64,000 nt of DNA from an uncultured Chloroflexia bacterium (GTDB lineage: Bacteria > Chloroflexota > Chloroflexia > Thermomicrobiales > UBA6265), in NCBI GenBank assembly GCA_963724295.1, contig CAVRUC010000010.1:90304-154303 (forward strand). The letters are read 5' to 3'. The translations under genes were made by a program, and so were the position numbers. Under the pieces are notes generated by a model. The model saw only the letters and a program-made list of their open reading frames with translations. It was not told the DNA's origin and made no database searches. Below, in pieces: positions 9,149 through 17,191 of the stretch (position 1 is its first letter; every line of letters begins with the position of its first letter).

Positions 9149-10561
9149 TCAGACCTCGGCCAGGACGGCTTCGTCATTGGCGTCCGGACTCGTCATGACC
9201 TGCTGCCGGGCCACGGCGCGCGAGATGAACCCGGTGTCATACGTCCCCGCGCGAAACTCGTCGTCCGCGACAATGCTCCGCAAGAACGATACCGTCTGTG
9301 GCACCCCGGTGATCACCGTCTCGGTCAAGGCGCGCTCCATCCGCGCCGCCGCCTCGTCGCGGTCCCGACCCCAGGCAATGATCTTCCCCAGCAGCGAATC
9401 GTAGTACGGCGGCACGCTGTACCCGGCGTAGAGGTGAGAATCGACCCGGACACCGGGTCCGCCGGGCGCCACGTAGGTCTCGACCGTGCCGATGCTCGGT
9501 GCAAAGTCGTTTGTCGCATCTTCGGCGGTGATCCGGCATTCGATCGCGTGCCCACGCGGCTCGCGGTCACGTTCGGTCAGCGTGAGGCGAGCTCCGGCGG
9601 CAATGCGGATCTGCCACGCCACGAGATCGAGCCCGGTGGTCATCTCCGTGACCGGGTGCTCGACCTGGATCCGCGTGTTCATCTCCATGAAGTAGTAATT
9701 GCCGTTGGTATCGACCAGGAATTCGAGCGTTCCCGCGTTGGTGTAGCGCGCCGCTTTGGCGCCTTTCACGGCTGCGCTGAGGAGGGCGTCACGGGTCTTC
9801 CGCGCCAGGTTTGGCGCGGGGGCTTCTTCGATCAATTTCTGATGTCGACGCTGGATCGAGCAATCGCGCTCGCCGACGGCCAGCACGTTGCCGGTGTTGT
9901 CGGCCAGCACCTGAACCTCGACATGGCGGGGGCGGTCGATAAATCGCTCCAGGTAGACATCCCCGTTGCCAAATGCCGCCTCGGCTTCCGCCTGGGCCAG
10001 GGGCAGCGCACGCGTCAGATCAGTCTCATCTCGCACGGTCCGCATCCCGCGGCCACCTCCGCCGGCGACCGCCTTGACCAGCAGCGGATACCCAATACGG
10101 CGCGCGATCTGACGGGCCTCGCCCAGGTTTTGCAGCGGACCGTCACTGCCGGGCACGATGGGAACGCCCGCCTTTTTCATCATCTTGCGGGCCTCAGCCT
10201 TGTTCCCCATCAGTTCGATGACTTCCGGACGCGGACCAATGAAGGTCACCCCGACCTGCCCGCAGACCTCGGCCAGATAGGGATTCTCGGCGAGAAACCC
10301 GTAGCCCGGATGAATGGCGTCGCACCCGGTGATCAGCGCCGCGCTGACGATCGCCGGGATGTTGTTATAGGAGCGCGCTGCCTGCGCCGGACCGATACAG
10401 ACCGCTTCATCCGCGAGCCGGACCGGAAGTGAGTCGCGGTCGGCGTCGCTGTACGCGACCACGGCGCGCAAACCCAGGTCGTGGCAGGCGCGCAGGATGC
10501 GCAGCGCGATCTCGCCGCGATTGGCGATCAGGATCTTTCGGAATAGCGGTTGATCAGACAT
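9149..10561 (-). CDS. accC: acetyl-CoA carboxylase, biotin carboxylase subunit
   Basis: KILIANRGEIALRILRAC N-terminus and ATP-grasp region. Full-length similarity to AccC is obvious. Confidence 0.95.
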   Translation of the reverse strand: MSDQPLFRKILIANRGEIALRILRACHDLGLRAVVAYSDADRDSLPVRLADEAVCIGPAQAARSYNNIPAIVSAALITGCDAIHPGYGFLAENPYLAEVCGQVGVTFIGPRPEVIELMGNKAEARKMMKKAGVPIVPGSDGPLQNLGEARQIARRIGYPLLVKAVAGGGGRGMRTVRDETDLTRALPLAQAEAEAAFGNGDVYLERFIDRPRHVEVQVLADNTGNVLAVGERDCSIQRRHQKLIEEAPAPNLARKTRDALLSAAVKGAKAARYTNAGTLEFLVDTNGNYYFMEMNTRIQVEHPVTEMTTGLDLVAWQIRIAAGARLTLTERDREPRGHAIECRITAEDATNDFAPSIGTVETYVAPGGPGVRVDSHLYAGYSVPPYYDSLLGKIIAWGRDRDEAAARMERALTETVITGVPQTVSFLRSIVADDEFRAGTYDTGFISRAVARQQVMTSPDANDEAVLAEV

Positions 10562-10664
10562 CGGCGTGCGGCGTGGGATACCCTCTCGCGTCGCTTACGG
10601 CCCGGACGGCAAGCATAGTCCAGAGGCGACTTGCGTCATCACGGAGCCGTTGCGCCGCATGCGA

Positions 10665-11171
10665 TCACCCGCCCTGAGCCTCGCGATCGTCGGCCATGGC
10701 CTGCTCGCGTGATCCGGCATGCCAGTCGCCGATGCGCTGGGCAAGCGCGGGATCTGCCACGCCCAGAATCTTCGCCGCCGCCAGCGCCGCGGCCTCCGGC
10801 TCCAGCACGAGCATTGGCGCCACTCCGCCCGGCATACGCACCGTCGAGAGGAGATCCATGCCAGCGAAACGCTCCCCGTAGGGCGGGCAAGCGATGACGG
10901 GGTGGCGCGAGTTGGCATCGACGACGCCCGAGAGCGCGTTGGAGCGGCCGGCGACCGTGACGTACACGTGAGGCTGACCATCCTGTTCATAGGCGTCGAG
11001 GAGGTCGAGGAGATATCGCGTCACCCTGTGTGCAGAAGCGATCCGCGTTTCGTGAGTGACCCCGAAGCGGTCAAGCCCGCGCGCGATCGCCGCGCGATGC
11101 TCCATGTCGGACCTTGATCCGAGCAGGATGATAACCTGTGGTCCCAGTGTGCTCCCCGAACCGTCCATCAA
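10665..11171 (-). CDS. purE: PurE, class II-type (AIR carboxylase-like signature)
   Basis: SAHR loop plus VAGRSNALSG and PVIACPP. These resemble the AGRSNGLGP / PVISCPP signatures of class II PurE (as in the PAICS AIRc domain) rather than the class I AGGAAHLPG. Confidence 0.8.
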   Translation of the reverse strand: MMDGSGSTLGPQVIILLGSRSDMEHRAAIARGLDRFGVTHETRIASAHRVTRYLLDLLDAYEQDGQPHVYVTVAGRSNALSGVVDANSRHPVIACPPYGERFAGMDLLSTVRMPGGVAPMLVLEPEAAALAAAKILGVADPALAQRIGDWHAGSREQAMADDREAQGG

Positions 11172-11175
11172 CCCC

Positions 11176-11856
11176 CTACCTCTCTACGTTCGTCGCCGAA
11201 ACCGCCGCTAGCGCCATGGCGACTCCACGGGGCAGGAGCCGGTGCTCGACGGACTTGATCCGCTCATGCAGCCCGTCCTCGTCGTCGCCAGGCAGAATCG
11301 GCACTTCCTCACGCAGGATGACCGGACCGCAGTCCACGACGTTCGTCACGTAGTGGACCGTCGCTCCGGTAGCCGGCAGCCGTTGCCTGAGCGCATCTCG
11401 CACTGTGCGGGGACCGCGTAACGCTGGCAGGCGCCCGTGGCTGGTGAGCACCTCAACGCCATCGCCATCCGGGAGGAGTGCCGGGTGCACGTTGACGATC
11501 CGCCCCGGAAACGCATTCAGGAACCACGGGCTGAGGATCAGCATCCAACCGGCAAGGACGATCAGATCGGGCTCGAAGGCGCCCGTCACCGCGGCCAGCC
11601 GGCGGTCATAGGCTTCACGCACGCCCGGATCGCGGCGATCGGCGAGCGGCAGCAAGACCGTGGCCACCCCAGCGGCCGCCGCTCGCCGCAAAGCGCCGGC
11701 ATCGACACGGTTGCTGACGACCACGGCCACCTCGGCCTCGAGCGTGCCGCATGCGGTGGCGTCGAGCAGCGCTTGCAGGTTCGTCCCGGAGCCAGAGGCG
11801 AGCACCGCGATCCGGGGCGAGGGCAAGCGCGCGTACTCGTTCACGGTCGAGCTCAC
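11176..11856 (-). CDS. purN: phosphoribosylglycinamide formyltransferase
   Basis: RIAVLASGSGTNLQALLDA and NVHPALLP motifs. The proposed GTG start at 11856 overlaps the purD TGA stop in a GTGA arrangement. Confidence 0.8.
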   Translation of the reverse strand: MSSTVNEYARLPSPRIAVLASGSGTNLQALLDATACGTLEAEVAVVVSNRVDAGALRRAAAAGVATVLLPLADRRDPGVREAYDRRLAAVTGAFEPDLIVLAGWMLILSPWFLNAFPGRIVNVHPALLPDGDGVEVLTSHGRLPALRGPRTVRDALRQRLPATGATVHYVTNVVDCGPVILREEVPILPGDDEDGLHERIKSVEHRLLPRGVAMALAAVSATNVER

Positions 11857-13158
11857 GCCGGTAGGGATACCAGGGACATCGCGACGTCGCGGCGTAGCTG
11901 CATGCCGTCGAACTGGATCATATCCGCCGCCGCGTACGCACGCTCCGCCGCAGTGGGCTAGATCGGCCCCCGTGCCGACGACCGACAGAACTCGACCACC
12001 GCTTGTGACGAGCCGCCCGTTGCGCTCGCCGGTTCCAGCGTGGAAGACGCGCGCTCCGCTCTGGAGCGCGGCTTCGATGCCATGGATTGGATCCCCCGCA
12101 CGCGGCCGCTCAGGGTACCCGTCCGCCGCGAGGACGACGCACACGGCGGCGCCGGGGTGCGTCGCGATGGTCTCGGTCGCGAGCCGTCCCTCGGCGCAGG
12201 CTAGCAATAACTCCCCCAGGTCGAGATCGAGCAGGGGCACGATGACCTGCGTCTCCGGATCGCCGAAGCGGCAGTTGAACTCGAGCGCCATCGGCCCCGC
12301 GGAGGTCAGCATCAGCCCGGCATAGAGCGCGCCGCGATAGGGCCGCCCCTCGGCCCGTAGCCCGGCGACGGCCGGCTCGAGTACGCACTGGCGCACACGA
12401 GCCAGGAGGTCCGGATCGAGATCATTCACCGGCGCGTAACTACCCATGCCTCCGGTGTTCGGACCCAGGTCGCCGTCCCGCAGCCGCTTGTAGTCCCGCG
12501 CCGGGGGCAGCATCGCGATCCGCTCGCCGTCGACGACGGCGATCACGCTCAGCTCCTCCCCTTCGAGGAACGCTTCGATCACGACCCGGTCGCCGGCCGC
12601 CTGAAACGCCCGATCAACCAGCATCGAGTGGACCGCGTCCTCGGCCTCGGCCTGGGTCGCGCAGATCAACACACCTTTGCCAGCCGCCAGACCGTCGGCC
12701 TTCACCACCAGGGGCGCGCCGGCCGTCCGGATGAAGTCGACGGCCGTTTCCAGCTCGGTGAATACGCCATACGGCGCCGTCGGAATACCGTGCCGGCGCA
12801 TGAAGTCCTTGGCAAAAGCCTTCGACCACTCCAACTCCGCGGCGGCACGACTGGGACCGAACACGGGGATGCCACGCGCATCGAGATGATCGGCCAGCCC
12901 CAGCGCCAGCGGCGCCTCCGGACCGACGATGACCAAGCCCATGTCATGGGTCTCGGCCCAATCGGCGATAACTTCCACATCCGTGATGGGAAGATCCACT
13001 GTTCGCGCCACTGTCGCGATCCCAGGATTCCCGGGCGCCGCCCAGACTCCTCCTACCGACGGCGAGCGCGCAAGCGCCCACACCAAGGCGTGCTCTCTGG
13101 CGCCCGCGCCCACGACGAGCACGGGAAATGGCCCGGTCCGGACGGATTGAGTCATCAT
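11853..13158 (-). pseudogene. purD: phosphoribosylamine-glycine ligase PurD, last ~35 codons out of frame (extra base in a short C run)
   Basis: PurD is recognisable from VLVVGAGAREHAL through VVGTGADLA. The canonical C-terminus TAAERAYAAADMIQFDGMQLRRDVAMSLVSLPA-stop is encoded in the +1 frame from about 11954 and ends at 11853. As given, the frame instead reads through into purN, producing a 660-aa ORF. Confidence 0.85.
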
Positions 13159-15386
13159 CGGGCAGCCGTTCCCAACTTCAGCGTGCTCGAAGCGGCGGGA
13201 TCAGCCTCCAGCGCATCTTTGGCCGACGCCGTATCGACCGAAACTGGATAGCGACCCGTGAGGCACCCGAGGCATCGATTCCGCTCCCCCGCCGCGCGCA
13301 GCAGCCCCTCGAGACTGAGATAGCCGAGGGTATCGGCCCCGAGATGGCGGCGAATCTCCTCCAGATCGCGGCCATGGGCAATCAGACTCTCACGAAGCCC
13401 CATGTCGATCCCGAAGTGACAGGTGTGGGCGATCGGCGGCGCCGAGATGCGGAGGTGGATCGCCGTGGCGCCGCCCCGCCGCAGCAGATCGACGATCTGC
13501 GGCATGGTGTTGCCACGAACGATGCTGTCGTCGACGATCACCACCCGCTTGTCCTTCACCGCACCTCGTAGGGGGTTGAACTTGAGCCGGATCCCGGATT
13601 GGCGCGAGTGCTGGTCGGGCTGGATAAAGGTGCGGCCGACATAGCGGTTCTTCACCAACCCCTCGCTCAGGGGCAGGTCCATCTCCTGGGCATAGCCGAT
13701 AGCCGCCGGTACGCCGGAATCAGGGACTCCGATGACCAGGTCCGCCTGCGCCGGATGCTCCCTGGCCAGCTCGCGGCCCATCGCCACTCGCGCCTCGAAG
13801 GCCGTCTGACCGTCGAGCACGCTGTCGGGCCGGGCAAAGTAGATCTGCTCGAAGACACACAGCGCTGGTCGCGGCGGGTTCTCCATTAGGTCGGAACGGA
13901 GGCCGGCATCGTCGAGCCGGAGAATCTCGCCCGGCTGCACATCGCGCACCAGCTCGGCCCCGACGGTGTCGAGCGCGCAGCTCTCGGAGGCGACCAGCCA
14001 GTGGTCGTCGCGCCAACCGAGGCACAGCGGGCGCAGGCCGTGTGGGTCGCGAACGGCGAAAAGCGCGTCGTTGGTGAGGATGGTGAGTGAGTACGCCCCG
14101 GAGGCCAGCTCCATCATGCGTCGGATGCGCTCTTCCCAGGTTCCCTGCCCGTGCAGGATCAAGAGTGCCAGCAGCTCGCTGTCGGAACCAGTCACCGGCT
14201 CGACGCCACGCTCCCGCACCAACCGGCGCAGCTCCAGAGCATTGACGATGTTGCCGTTGTGTCCCAGCGCCAGCGCCTGACCATCCGACTCGACCAGGAT
14301 CGGTTGCGCGTTCTCGATGCGCGAGCTGCCGGTCGTGGAGTACCGCGTGTGGCCGATGGCGCCGATACCGGTCAGGGCGTCGACCTCATCAGGGCGGAAG
14401 ATCTGGTCGACCCGGCCCATGCCGAGCGACACCGCGATCCGGCCGTCCTGCAGCACGGCGACACCCGCACTCTCCTGCCCCCGGTGCTGCAATGCCATCA
14501 GCCCGATCAACGTCGTGCGCCCGACATCAGTCCCTTCGGCCCATATGCCGAAGACCCCGCAGGCCTCACGCGGCTTGTCGTCGCCAGGGTCAGACGCGGG
14601 CGCCAGCGCATTGGCAAACTCGTCGCTGAGGGCCGCGACTTGCTGATACTTGGTCAGGACGCCGCGCAGTGCCTCGTCGGTCACCTCGGTCGTGTCGCGG
14701 TAGACCTGCTTGTCGAGCATGGCCTCCTTCCGCCCACCCGGCCAGATGCGCCAGGAGTCGTTATCGATCACGTCGGCCACAAGCAACTTGCCTGCGACGT
14801 CTCGTCCGAACTCGATCTTGAGGTCGACGAGTTGCACATCCTGCTTCGCCCAGGCGGCCTCTAGCGTCTGGAAAACCTGCCGGCCAATGTCGGTGAGGCG
14901 GTCGATCTCGTCCGCCGTCGCCACGCCATGGGCCACGATCCAGTCCGCGTCGACGAGTGGGTCGTGATTGGCGTCATCCTTGAAGAAGAGCTCGACCACC
15001 GTCGGGTCGAATCGGGTGCCTTCCGGCACGTCGTTGCGCTTCAGATAAGAACCGGTGGCGATGCGTCGCATCACCACCTCGAGCGGAATCATGTCGCAGC
15101 GGCGAACGATCATCTCGTCAGCGGCGGGGGCGTCGATGAAATGGGTCGGGATGCCGGACGCGCGAAGATGCCGGAAGACGTTGCTCGTGGTCCGTCCACT
15201 GAGCGCGCCTTTGCCCGGCAACTGATCGCGGCGAGCGCCGTCTCCGGCCGTAATGTCGTCCTTGTGGACGATGACTGCCTGCGCCGGATTCGCGGGGTCG
15301 GCGTAGACGACTTTGGTCTTCCCTTCGGCCAGGCGCTGTCCGCGCGCGACCTCGCGTTCGCCACCCATTCGCACCTCCACCCTCAT
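13155..15386 (-). CDS. purC-purF: in-frame fusion of SAICAR synthetase (PurC, N-terminal ~255 aa) and amidophosphoribosyltransferase (PurF)
   Basis: PurC region: LAEGKTKVVYADP..KDDITAGDG..GKG. PurF region starts at CGVFGIW and continues with the PRTase motif VVIVDDSIVRGNT. There is no stop and no ATG/GTG/TTG between the two domains. ATGA overlaps occur at both gene ends. Confidence 0.8.
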   Translation of the reverse strand: MRVEVRMGGEREVARGQRLAEGKTKVVYADPANPAQAVIVHKDDITAGDGARRDQLPGKGALSGRTTSNVFRHLRASGIPTHFIDAPAADEMIVRRCDMIPLEVVMRRIATGSYLKRNDVPEGTRFDPTVVELFFKDDANHDPLVDADWIVAHGVATADEIDRLTDIGRQVFQTLEAAWAKQDVQLVDLKIEFGRDVAGKLLVADVIDNDSWRIWPGGRKEAMLDKQVYRDTTEVTDEALRGVLTKYQQVAALSDEFANALAPASDPGDDKPREACGVFGIWAEGTDVGRTTLIGLMALQHRGQESAGVAVLQDGRIAVSLGMGRVDQIFRPDEVDALTGIGAIGHTRYSTTGSSRIENAQPILVESDGQALALGHNGNIVNALELRRLVRERGVEPVTGSDSELLALLILHGQGTWEERIRRMMELASGAYSLTILTNDALFAVRDPHGLRPLCLGWRDDHWLVASESCALDTVGAELVRDVQPGEILRLDDAGLRSDLMENPPRPALCVFEQIYFARPDSVLDGQTAFEARVAMGRELAREHPAQADLVIGVPDSGVPAAIGYAQEMDLPLSEGLVKNRYVGRTFIQPDQHSRQSGIRLKFNPLRGAVKDKRVVIVDDSIVRGNTMPQIVDLLRRGGATAIHLRISAPPIAHTCHFGIDMGLRESLIAHGRDLEEIRRHLGADTLGYLSLEGLLRAAGERNRCLGCLTGRYPVSVDTASAKDALEADPAASSTLKLGTAAR

Positions 15387-16405
15387 GCTGCCAGCCCCAG
15401 CAAGCGCACCGCGGCATCATCGCGGCGCGGAACGACCTCTCCAATGACGACCGCCTCGGGCACGACCCCGGTTACCTCCTCGACGTGCCGCGCTGGTACG
15501 ATCCCGACCAGACCAATCCCCATGTTGAATACCCGGTACATCTCGTCCGGGAGGACGGCCCCCTCACGAGCGATGCGCCTGAAAATGGCGGGAGGATGCC
15601 ACGTCGTGGTGTCGATCTCGGCCGTGAGATCGCCGGGTACGACGCGAGCGACATTCTCCGGGAACCCTCCGCCGGTGATGTGGGCGAAGCCGCGCGCGCC
15701 AACGCCGATGAGCCGCTGGATCTCAGCCAGGTACGAGCGATGTGGGGCAAGTAACGCGTCGCCGACCGTCGTGTTCAGCTCCGGATCGAAGTCACCCCAT
15801 GTTGCCGGTGGCAACGCGCGTCGGGCAAGGCTGTAGCCATTGGTGTGCAAACCGGTCGACGGCAGGCCGATCAGCATGTCACCCGCGGCCGGCGCACCGT
15901 TGGCGCCAATCGTGGCGCGGTCCATGACACCGACCACGAACCCGGCCAGATCGAACTCGCCGGGCGGGTAGACATCGGGCATCTCGGCCGTTTCCCCGCC
16001 CAACAGTGAGCAACCGGCCGCTGCGCAGGCGTCCGCGACACCCGCGACAATGGCCGTGACCAGGTCCGGATCGGCTCGGTGCTGCGCCAGGTAATCGAGG
16101 AAAAAGAGCGGTCGCGCCCCCTGGACCGCGATATCGTTGACGCAGTGGTTGACGATGTCCGTGCCGAGCGAGTCGTAGCGACCGAGCGCCGCGGCGATCT
16201 TGACCTTGGTGCCGATGCCATCGGTGGAGGCCACGAGCACCGGGTCGCGGAATTCGCCGGCCGCGCCGAGGCGGAACATGCCGCCGAAGGCCCCCACGTC
16301 GGCCAGCACCCCAACCCCACGCGCCCGCGCGACGATCTCCTCCAGGCGCTCGGTCGTCCGCCGCGCGTCGTCCAGATGAATGCCGATCTCCGCGTAGGTG
16401 GCCAT
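15383..16405 (-). CDS. purM: phosphoribosylformylglycinamidine cyclo-ligase (AIR synthetase)
   Basis: DGIGTKVKIA, NHCVNDIAVQGARPLFFLDY and other PurM motifs. Confidence 0.95.
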   Translation of the reverse strand: MATYAEIGIHLDDARRTTERLEEIVARARGVGVLADVGAFGGMFRLGAAGEFRDPVLVASTDGIGTKVKIAAALGRYDSLGTDIVNHCVNDIAVQGARPLFFLDYLAQHRADPDLVTAIVAGVADACAAAGCSLLGGETAEMPDVYPPGEFDLAGFVVGVMDRATIGANGAPAAGDMLIGLPSTGLHTNGYSLARRALPPATWGDFDPELNTTVGDALLAPHRSYLAEIQRLIGVGARGFAHITGGGFPENVARVVPGDLTAEIDTTTWHPPAIFRRIAREGAVLPDEMYRVFNMGIGLVGIVPARHVEEVTGVVPEAVVIGEVVPRRDDAAVRLLGLAA

Positions 16406-16408
16406 CGC

Positions 16409-17191
16409 TCAGCCTCGCGCCATGCGCACGGCATTGGTGAATATCGTGAGCCCCGCGCCGTCCTGTCGTCCCGCCGGCGCTTGACCGGTCGAGACATTGC
16501 GCTCCGGGTGCGGCATCAGTCCCAGCACGTTGCCCGCCGCATTGGTCAGCGCGGCGACCGCCGCATCAGAGCCGTTTGGGTTGACCGGATAACCGCCAGG
16601 ATTTCCATCCGCGTCGCAATAGACGAGGCCGAGCTCACCGCGCGCTTCCAGCCCCGCCAGGCTGGCCGGGTCCTTGGCGACGAAGCGTCCTTCGCCATGC
16701 CCGATCGGCATCGCGATGCGATCGATGCCGTCAACGAGGGGGCTCCGCGCGTTATCCGGGCGCCGCGTCCAGATCCAACGACATTCGAAGTGACCCGAGG
16801 CATTCGGGGCGAGCCCACCACCAGTGAGCAGCCCCAGCCGGAGCAGCGCCTGGAAGCCGTTGCAGATACCAAGCACCGGCCGGCCACTTGCGACGAACCG
16901 GTCGAGCGCATCACGCACGGCCTCCAGGCGGTGTGCCCAGAGCGTGCCCGCACCGAGATGGTCACCGAACGAGAAGCCGCCAGGAAGCACGACCAAGCCA
17001 AAATCGTCGAGATCGCGCGCGGCCGCCAGCAAGCGCTCCAGGTGCACCGATTCGACGTCGGCGCCGGCCAGCTCCAGCGCGATGACAGTCTCGCGGTCGC
17101 AGTTCGTGCCGGGCGCACGCATCACCAAAGCGCGCGGGCGCGATCGCAAGCGGGTCGAGCCTGCTCGGGGACGGTTGGCAACCGCGCTCAT
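16409..17191 (-). CDS. purQ: FGAM synthase glutaminase subunit PurQ
   Basis: APGTNCDRE..LPGGFSFGD..ICNGFQ (catalytic Cys)..HPE triad pattern. Confidence 0.9.
   Translation of the reverse strand: MSAVANRPRAGSTRLRSRPRALVMRAPGTNCDRETVIALELAGADVESVHLERLLAAARDLDDFGLVVLPGGFSFGDHLGAGTLWAHRLEAVRDALDRFVASGRPVLGICNGFQALLRLGLLTGGGLAPNASGHFECRWIWTRRPDNARSPLVDGIDRIAMPIGHGEGRFVAKDPASLAGLEARGELGLVYCDADGNPGGYPVNPNGSDAAVAALTNAAGNVLGLMPHPERNVSTGQAPAGRQDGAGLTIFTNAVRMARG

Noticed and set aside
8230-9177. 315-aa ORF spanning nusB, the intergenic region and part of acpP
   Set aside because: It is an artefact of the homopolymer frameshift in nusB. Downstream of 8668 the translation is Arg/Pro/Ser-rich nonsense and overlaps acpP.
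11176-13158. 660-aa ORF that looks like a bifunctional PurD-PurN fusion protein
   Set aside because: The junction region is not PurD-like in the ORF frame. The adjacent frame encodes the canonical PurD C-terminus, ending in a TGA that overlaps a GTG start for PurN. One extra base in a CCC run explains the fusion, so it is called as purD (frameshifted) plus purN.
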